Shown here piece by piece: positions 58,329-64,000 of a stretch of 64,000 nt of DNA. Within the stretch, counting starts at the first letter, position 1. Each line of letters starts with the position of its first letter. Where the stretch lies: contig JANRKO010000092.1 of the NCBI GenBank assembly GCA_033763455.1, positions 92,477-156,476 of the forward strand. The letters run 5' to 3'. The notes beneath the pieces were generated by a model. The model saw only the letters and a list, made by a program, of their open reading frames with translations. It ran no database searches and was not told the origin of the DNA. This stretch comes from Polyangiaceae bacterium (GTDB taxonomy: Bacteria; Myxococcota_A; Polyangia; Polyangiales; Polyangiaceae). A program made the position numbers and the translations under genes.

Positions 58329-58835
58329 TCACTCTGTTCGCAAGATCACGTGGTAGCCGAAAGGTGACTCCACGACGCCGCTCAGCTCCCCCGGTTTGAG
58401 AGCAAAGGCGGCATTCCCAAACTCAGGCACCACGCGTGTTCGCTCAAATTTACCCAGATCACCCCCGCTTGCTGCGGCTCCTGGCTCATCCGAATATTCG
58501 GCTGCGAGATCCCGAAACTCGGCGCCGGCTTTGGCTTTTGCGAGCGCTTCCTCAGCGCGGGCTTTGGCTTCCGCTTTGGTCCGAACCACGCTGGGTGCGG
58601 CTCGCAGGGCGTTGCGATAGGCAATGAGCAGATGGCTTGCGCGGATTTCCTTGGGTGCGTTCGCGAGAACCGTGGCTTGTGCTGAGACGGGGCGTGGGGG
58701 AGGGGACGGGGGTGGCATGATTTGCGGCCCTTCTCCCACAGCCTCAAAAGGGGTGACCACACACGCACTCGCGATCGCCGCCACCAGGAAGGCTATCCAA
58801 CCAAATTTCTGGAACCTGTCAGCTATTCGCTTCAT
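58329..58835 (-). CDS. Parvulin/PpiC-type peptidylprolyl isomerase lipoprotein
   Basis: IRASHLLI, GGDLG, VESPFGYHVI. Confidence 0.92.
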   Translation of the reverse strand: MKRIADRFQKFGWIAFLVAAIASACVVTPFEAVGEGPQIMPPPSPPPRPVSAQATVLANAPKEIRASHLLIAYRNALRAAPSVVRTKAEAKARAEEALAKAKAGAEFRDLAAEYSDEPGAAASGGDLGKFERTRVVPEFGNAAFALKPGELSGVVESPFGYHVILRTE

Positions 58836-59677
58836 GAGCGTTTGAGCTCCGCCCAGCAGTTGGTCACTACAGGTTCTGTGCGATCAGCGGCAAAAGCTTC
58901 GAGGGCAATCTGCCCAGAATCGAGTGCATAGCCTCGAATTTTGAGTACTTCTCCAGGCCAGATCGGTTTTCTGAATTGTGCTGAGAGGTAGCTCAGGCCG
59001 GCGGGGTCACCGCTGCACAGGTTCTGCACCACAGCCCGACCGATAAAACCAAAGGTGCATAGCCCGTGCAAGATGGGGCCCTGTTCGAACCCCACGGCGC
59101 GGGCTATTTCAGGATCGATGTGCAGCGGGTTGTAGTCACCACTCAGGCGATAGAGCGCGGCTTGTTCGGGTGTGGTTTGGGCGTCCACACTGAGGGTTGG
59201 TTCCTTGTCGGATGGCACGCGTATCGTCGCTCCTTTGGGGGGGCGTGGGCCGTCAAAGCCGCCTGCGTCCAAGACCAGTAACGTCCATTCGTTATCGAAT
59301 AACGGCTCCCCGTTGATGCTTGTCTCAGTGGTGAAGCTGAGTTGCGCGAAGCGCTTGAGGTCGAAGATCCCGGTGAGCTTACCGCGCGTAGTGAGCGAGC
59401 CCTCTGGCGGAATGCTCCGATGGAGCCGGATAGCCTGGCCTGAGTGCACCACACTTTTTAGGTTGACCCCAGTGTGCTCCAGGAGATCACTCAAAACGGC
59501 GTAGGTGGGCACCACGCCAAACGTCGGGTAAACAGCCGGCCCGCGCGCCTCGTACAAGTAATTGAGCTCGCTTTGCTTGGCACCTATCCCGAGTGCATAG
59601 AGAACGACCGTTTTCCAATCGTACTCAAAGGTGTAAGGTCGGGTTACGTAGCCGGTTCGGGACGGATCAAGACTCAT
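58832..59677 (-). CDS. MaoC-like double hot-dog (R)-hydratase
   Basis: LYALGIGA, YRLSGDYNPLHIDP, ILHGLCTFG. Confidence 0.92.
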   Translation of the reverse strand: MSLDPSRTGYVTRPYTFEYDWKTVVLYALGIGAKQSELNYLYEARGPAVYPTFGVVPTYAVLSDLLEHTGVNLKSVVHSGQAIRLHRSIPPEGSLTTRGKLTGIFDLKRFAQLSFTTETSINGEPLFDNEWTLLVLDAGGFDGPRPPKGATIRVPSDKEPTLSVDAQTTPEQAALYRLSGDYNPLHIDPEIARAVGFEQGPILHGLCTFGFIGRAVVQNLCSGDPAGLSYLSAQFRKPIWPGEVLKIRGYALDSGQIALEAFAADRTEPVVTNCWAELKRS

Positions 59678-59763
59678 GCAGATGTACTCCGTTGCTAGAG
59701 GTCGCGTTAGCGCGCGGCTCTGCTCCGCGTCAATCAGGCGAGGTTGCCCCATGTCGGAGGCCG

Positions 59764-60480
59764 ATGGTCGCACCGCCTGATTTAGCCGCGCTCTGGCTTC
59801 TTGAGCTTGATCGCCAAGGTGTGGATGCAACGCGTTTTCTGTTGGCCTTTGCTCGCGTGTTGCCGAGTGCGCTACTCATTCCCGCGTTCGGTTTGGCCCC
59901 ATTGGCCACGCCCATCCGCGTTGGCTTTGGGCTCGCGCTGGCGTTCAGCGTGGCGCCTGCCCTTTCGGGTACTTTGTCAGGCCCCTGGCCGCTTGCTTAT
60001 GCAGGCGAGTTTCTTCGCGGGCTTCCCGTGGCACTCGCTGCTAGCGCTGTGCTTTGGGCGTCGAGCATCAGTGGCGCCCTGGTTGATGAGTTGCGTGGTT
60101 CCCGATCGGGCGTGGCAGGTGTTGCCCCCGAAGTGAGCACTCCGCTTGGAACTCTGATTTCTCTACTCGTCGCCATTGGATTTCTGATGCTCGGTGGCCC
60201 AGAAAGATTGGTCCACACGCTCGCTTCGCCCAGCCTGCCCTTCACTCCCGAGGTGGCGGCGCGCGATCTGGTACATGGGTTAACGCTGGCAGTGTCTGTG
60301 GCGGCGCCGTTAGCGGTGGTTTCAATCGTTGTGGAAGTTGCTGTTGCCCTCGCACAGCGTATGGCGGCTCCTCTGCAACTTGAGTCGGTTCTGTTGCCGC
60401 TTAGGCCAGTGTTGGTGTTAGCAGCGTTCGCCCTACTCTTGGACAGGATGGTGGAGCTCTTGGTGTTGGCTTTGCATTAG
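59764..60480 (+). CDS. SctT/FliR-like type III export-gate membrane protein (orphan)
   Basis: FARVLP..IPAFG..PIRV, EFLRG, GALVD..RG, LGGPERLV..LA.S, AAP pattern. Confidence 0.72.
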   Translation: MVAPPDLAALWLLELDRQGVDATRFLLAFARVLPSALLIPAFGLAPLATPIRVGFGLALAFSVAPALSGTLSGPWPLAYAGEFLRGLPVALAASAVLWASSISGALVDELRGSRSGVAGVAPEVSTPLGTLISLLVAIGFLMLGGPERLVHTLASPSLPFTPEVAARDLVHGLTLAVSVAAPLAVVSIVVEVAVALAQRMAAPLQLESVLLPLRPVLVLAAFALLLDRMVELLVLALH

Positions 60481-60482
60481 GC

Positions 60483-61268
60483 TCACAACGGAATCCGGTA
60501 TCCCACGCCGAGGCTTACGGCCACTACGTTGGTTTGCCCGGTGAGCGAAGCTTTATCTCCAAAGGGATCCGTACCCGGCTTGTTCGGTAAGAACCAGGCG
60601 CCGTAGCGCACACTCCCCACCACTGCCCAGTTCGAGGAGAGTGCAAATGTGGACCCGACGGCGAAGCCAAGCGCGAGGCCTTCGGTGCGAATAGGTGCGC
60701 TCCGCGGCCCGACCAGGGCCACCTCAGTCTTGCGTTTGTCGGCAAAACTATCGCGGACAATCGCAAGGCCTGTGGTGAGCCCAGCCCAAGCTTCCACTGT
60801 ATCCCCCACGTACGCGTAGTAGCGGCCGATCGTTTCCACCGTTAGGTAGCCGCGGTCATGATCCCGCTCGATAGCAGCTGGGTCCTCCTTACCCGGTGTG
60901 CGAATGGTTAGAAGCCCCATGGTAACTCCTGCGCCAAAGGCGTAGCGGACGGCCGGGCGATACAGCTGCCAGGCATCCAACTCGAAGCTAACGTCCCCTT
61001 GGGAACAACTTCCGGGCCCACAAATCTCGGCCCCCGGCAAACTGAAGGCACCTAAGCCAAACTCAGCGATGCCAACTGGCCTATCGATGGCCATGTAGCC
61101 GCCACTCGTACGCGTAAAGGTAGCGCCCGAGGGGCTCTCTTCGGTGATTGGCGAGGTCGCCGCGACCGATGCGTTTGCGGTTTCCGCGTGGGCACGCCCG
61201 CCGCAGAGCAAGCAGACGAGCAGGTTCGCCGCGGTCAGGCACACAGGTAGGACCGCTGGCTTATTCAC
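60483..61268 (-). CDS. Hypothetical outer-membrane beta-barrel-like protein
   Basis: Signal peptide (AHA|E), amphipathic strands, ends LGVGYRIPL. Confidence 0.65.
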   Translation of the reverse strand: MNKPAVLPVCLTAANLLVCLLCGGRAHAETANASVAATSPITEESPSGATFTRTSGGYMAIDRPVGIAEFGLGAFSLPGAEICGPGSCSQGDVSFELDAWQLYRPAVRYAFGAGVTMGLLTIRTPGKEDPAAIERDHDRGYLTVETIGRYYAYVGDTVEAWAGLTTGLAIVRDSFADKRKTEVALVGPRSAPIRTEGLALGFAVGSTFALSSNWAVVGSVRYGAWFLPNKPGTDPFGDKASLTGQTNVVAVSLGVGYRIPL

Positions 61269-61341
61269 TCGTCTAGTATACCACGAGCTGCCCCGCTGCC
61301 GAGGTTTGTGGGATCTACGGGCCGGCAAATGCTCCTCGGCG

Positions 61342-62343
61342 TCAGAGACCAATGCGGCTTGTTTGCGCCGCCTCCTGAAGGGCGACCTTGAAAGCGCGCG
61401 CATTTTGGCAACGTTGGTCGGGAGTTTTGGCCAGATTCGCGTGAACAATGTCTGCTATCGGCTGAGGTACGTAAGATGCTTGCTCCCAGGTGAGCAGTGG
61501 CTTGGGCGTCTCCTGCATGTGTTGGAGGAGCACGGTTACTGGGTTTTTCCCGTCAAACGGCGGACTACCTGACAGGCACTCGTAGAGCAAAGTGGCCAGG
61601 GAATACACATCTGAGGCGGCTGTCACCTTCTGACCACGTGCACATTCGGGGGACGCATAACGAGCGGTCCCGAGGACCGCTCCCTTTTGAGTGAGCACCG
61701 TGGCGTCGGAGAGATCCAAGCGCGCAGTCCCGAAATCCAACACCTTGACGAAGTCCTGATCGAAGCCTCGCTGTACCAGTAGAATGTTCTCCGGTTTGAG
61801 GTCGCGGTGGATAACTTGCTTCTCATGCGCTTCACCCACCGCATCGCAGATTTGCAAAATAATGTGGAGTGCGCGCGGTAGCGGTAGTGCTCGCTGTTGG
61901 GTCGCAAGCGCCGCGCGGAGTGTGCGCCCTGGCAGATACTCTGTGACCACATAGGCTTCCCCTCCATCGTTTGGGGCTTCGGCCAACAGCTCGCCTGCCG
62001 TCAAAATCTCAATCAGGTTCGGGTGTTGCAGGCGGCTCGCGAGCTTGGCCTCACGCAGGAAACGGGTGACGATGGCTCGGCTTTTCAGTAATTCCCGGTG
62101 GAGGATCTTGATGGCTACGTCACGGTGAGCGGCCGCATCGTGTGCCCGGTAAACGCGGCCGGTGGAGCCCTGGCCAATCAGATCCAAGATCTGGAACTGC
62201 CCAGCAAGGGTCTGCCCGAGGTACGGGTCATCGGTTCCAAAGCTTGGCTTCGGGCTCAGTGCAGCCCCGTCGAGGGGACAAAATCGGGCCCCTGGGCCGT
62301 AGGTTTTTCCACAGGTCGGGCAGCTGGCGCTCTGGGGCGACAT
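61342..62343 (-). CDS. Ser/Thr protein kinase with N-terminal Zn ribbon
   Basis: CPTC..FCPLDG; VAIK, HRDLKPEN, DFG, GTARYASPE, SDVYS. Confidence 0.93.
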   Translation of the reverse strand: MSPQSASCPTCGKTYGPGARFCPLDGAALSPKPSFGTDDPYLGQTLAGQFQILDLIGQGSTGRVYRAHDAAAHRDVAIKILHRELLKSRAIVTRFLREAKLASRLQHPNLIEILTAGELLAEAPNDGGEAYVVTEYLPGRTLRAALATQQRALPLPRALHIILQICDAVGEAHEKQVIHRDLKPENILLVQRGFDQDFVKVLDFGTARLDLSDATVLTQKGAVLGTARYASPECARGQKVTAASDVYSLATLLYECLSGSPPFDGKNPVTVLLQHMQETPKPLLTWEQASYVPQPIADIVHANLAKTPDQRCQNARAFKVALQEAAQTSRIGL

Positions 62344-62460
62344 CGGGCCCAACGCTAGCATGGGCCACACTTCGACAAAGAGCGGGGCTCTTGGCGCGCG
62401 CTCGGCATGTGGCCGAAATCCGTGGAATTTGCTGGCCAGGGCTCCTAGTCTGCCCCGACC

Positions 62461-63384
62461 ATGGCTCAGGAGCCCACAGAATCGACCTCGAAGCGCGCCA
62501 TGGCGGCTGACGCTTCAGGTACGTCCGAGCCAGGTGCGAGCTATCGCGTCCAGTTGCCGGAGTTCGAGGGGCCTTTAGACCTTCTGCTGCACCTGATTCA
62601 GCAGCATGAACTCGACATTCTCAACATCCCCATCTCGTTCATCACGGAAAAGTACCTCCAGTATGTGATGCTGCTTGATGAGCTGAACATTGACTTAGCA
62701 AGTGAATACCTCCTCATGGCCGCGACCCTGACGCACATTAAGTCGCGGTCGCTCTTGCCGGCGGCTCCCGAGGAGCCAGATGAGACCAATGAGGAGGAGG
62801 TCGATCCGCGGGCGGAGCTGATTCGGCGGCTGCTCGAGTATCAAAAATACAAACACGCGGCAGAAGCACTCGATGCCCGTGAATGGCTCGGTCGAGATAT
62901 CTTCCTAAGGGGTGCCACGGCCCCGTCGGTGGATGGTCCTGCACCGCTAGCTCCGATTAGCTTGTTCAAGCTCCTGGATGCATTTCAAGGGGTGCTCAGC
63001 CGGGCGAAAACGACGGTCGACCACCAGATCGATTTCGAGCGCTTTTCGATCACCGATCGCATCGGCCAACTCTCAGAGTTGCTGAAAGTCAGGCACCAGC
63101 TGCGCTTTGAGGAGCTGTTTGAGGGGCAAATTTCGCGGGCAGACCTCATCGTCACGTTCTTGGCACTCCTCGAGATGACGCGCCTGCGCATGACACGCGT
63201 CTACCAAGATGGCCCGTACGCGCCCATTCTGATTGAGCTCGCCGTGCAAGAAGACTCCGTGGAGGCACCAAGGGCCCCAAGCCTAGGGACCACGGCCGTG
63301 CCGGCAGAAGAAGTCGAGCAAATTGCAGAGGACGCCACGCTTGGCGCTCCACACGGATCCGAACAAGGTACGGAGTCAGAATAA
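62461..63384 (+). CDS. scpA: Segregation and condensation protein A
   Basis: FEGPLDLLLHLI, EYLLMAATL..IKSRSLLP, LLEYQKYK, TFLALLEM. Confidence 0.95.
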   Translation: MAQEPTESTSKRAMAADASGTSEPGASYRVQLPEFEGPLDLLLHLIQQHELDILNIPISFITEKYLQYVMLLDELNIDLASEYLLMAATLTHIKSRSLLPAAPEEPDETNEEEVDPRAELIRRLLEYQKYKHAAEALDAREWLGRDIFLRGATAPSVDGPAPLAPISLFKLLDAFQGVLSRAKTTVDHQIDFERFSITDRIGQLSELLKVRHQLRFEELFEGQISRADLIVTFLALLEMTRLRMTRVYQDGPYAPILIELAVQEDSVEAPRAPSLGTTAVPAEEVEQIAEDATLGAPHGSEQGTESE

Positions 63385-63388
63385 TCGG

Positions 63389-64000
63389 ATGGCAAAACGC
63401 AAGAAAGCCGCACGCACCACCACTTCGCAGCAAATTTCCGAAAAATCCGGCAAAGCAGCGGAGGTGAAGTTGCTAGCGGACAAGAGGCAACCAGCCTCGG
63501 CCAAGAAGGCACCAGCCAGCCCGGCCGGGCCAAAGCCAGCTGCCCAAAAACCAGTTGCTGCAAAGCCAAAGAGGCACGCGGCTAAGGCAAGTTCTCCAGA
63601 GGCCCCGCAATCGCCAAAGCCTGCGGCGGAATCTAAAAAGGCAGCCAAAAAAGCGATCCCCAGCGCCAAGTCAGTTGAAGTACCCAAGGCAACTGCCAAG
63701 GCTGCGGCCGGGCCCACGAAGGGCGCGAAGGGCAATGCAGCGGAAGCCCCCAGCAAGAAGGGTGTGAAGGGCAAAGGCAAGGCAGAAGTGGCCCCCAAGG
63801 CAAGCGCGGAACCGAGCAAGGCGGAAGTGAAAGCGGCCGCAGAAGCGAAGAAGGCAGAGGCGAAGGCAGCCGCAGAAGCGAAGAAGGCAGAGGCGAAGGC
63901 GGCCGCAGAAGCGAAGAAGGCAGAGGCGAAGGCAGCCGCAGAAGCGAAGAAGGCAGAGGCTAAGGCAGCCGCAGAAGCGAAGAAGGCCGAGGCGAAGCCA
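63389..64000 (+). CDS. Lys/Ala-rich ORF running off the window; probably the extended N-terminus of ScpB (positional inference only)
   Basis: ATG 4 nt after the scpA stop; MAKRKKAARTT.. open to the window end; no ScpB core visible. Confidence 0.6.
   Translation, partial: MAKRKKAARTTTSQQISEKSGKAAEVKLLADKRQPASAKKAPASPAGPKPAAQKPVAAKPKRHAAKASSPEAPQSPKPAAESKKAAKKAIPSAKSVEVPKATAKAAAGPTKGAKGNAAEAPSKKGVKGKGKAEVAPKASAEPSKAEVKAAAEAKKAEAKAAAEAKKAEAKAAAEAKKAEAKAAAEAKKAEAKAAAEAKKAEAKP
63821..63997 (+). repeat. 33-bp in-frame tandem repeat (AEAKAAAEAKK), 5 units plus a partial
   Basis: GCAGAGGCGAAGGCAGCCGCAGAAGCGAAGAAG units starting at 63821 (variant), 63854, 63887, 63920, 63953. Confidence 0.95.

Noticed and set aside
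63821..63997. 33-bp repeats as a CRISPR array
   Set aside because: Units are contiguous with no spacers, in frame, vary mostly at synonymous positions, and no cas genes are nearby.

Overview
GC-rich bacterial chromosome segment. Gene content points to a myxobacterium, probably Polyangiales-like (inference): DUF1552/DUF1592 pair, FHA-ABC exporter, DigR-like regulator, DUF4388 response regulator, Zn-ribbon Ser/Thr kinase, PilY1/minor-pilin cluster. Most of the window is housekeeping or core: rplS, rplC, rlmE, asd, yebC, gcvT/H/PA, a peroxiredoxin, acyl-CoA dehydrogenases, scpA, a TolC/ABC exporter with three adaptors, and fimU-pilV-pilW-pilX-pilY1. The standout region is a ~6.6 kb accessory island (6338-12936) between rplC and an RluA-RlmI fusion. 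It holds an AAA-ATPase/nuclease-fold protein with a probable autoregulatory operator, a decayed nucleotidyltransferase module, a coupled small membrane protein plus variant GGDEF(HGDEF)-Zn-ribbon gene pair, and, divergently, a single ~1185-aa HTH-nuclease-fold-STAND ATPase. This is the best candidate for an undescribed nucleotide-signalling defence system. Other notable items: a catalytically degenerate PGI homologue facing the DigR-like gene across a DigR-box-like site, an orphan SctT/FliR, back-to-back stand-alone rplS and rplC, two diverged REP-like elements, and a Lys/Ala-rich ORF with 33-bp repeats after scpA. No rRNA, tRNA, CRISPR array, integrase or transposase was recognised. All calls come from reading motifs by eye; no searches were run.
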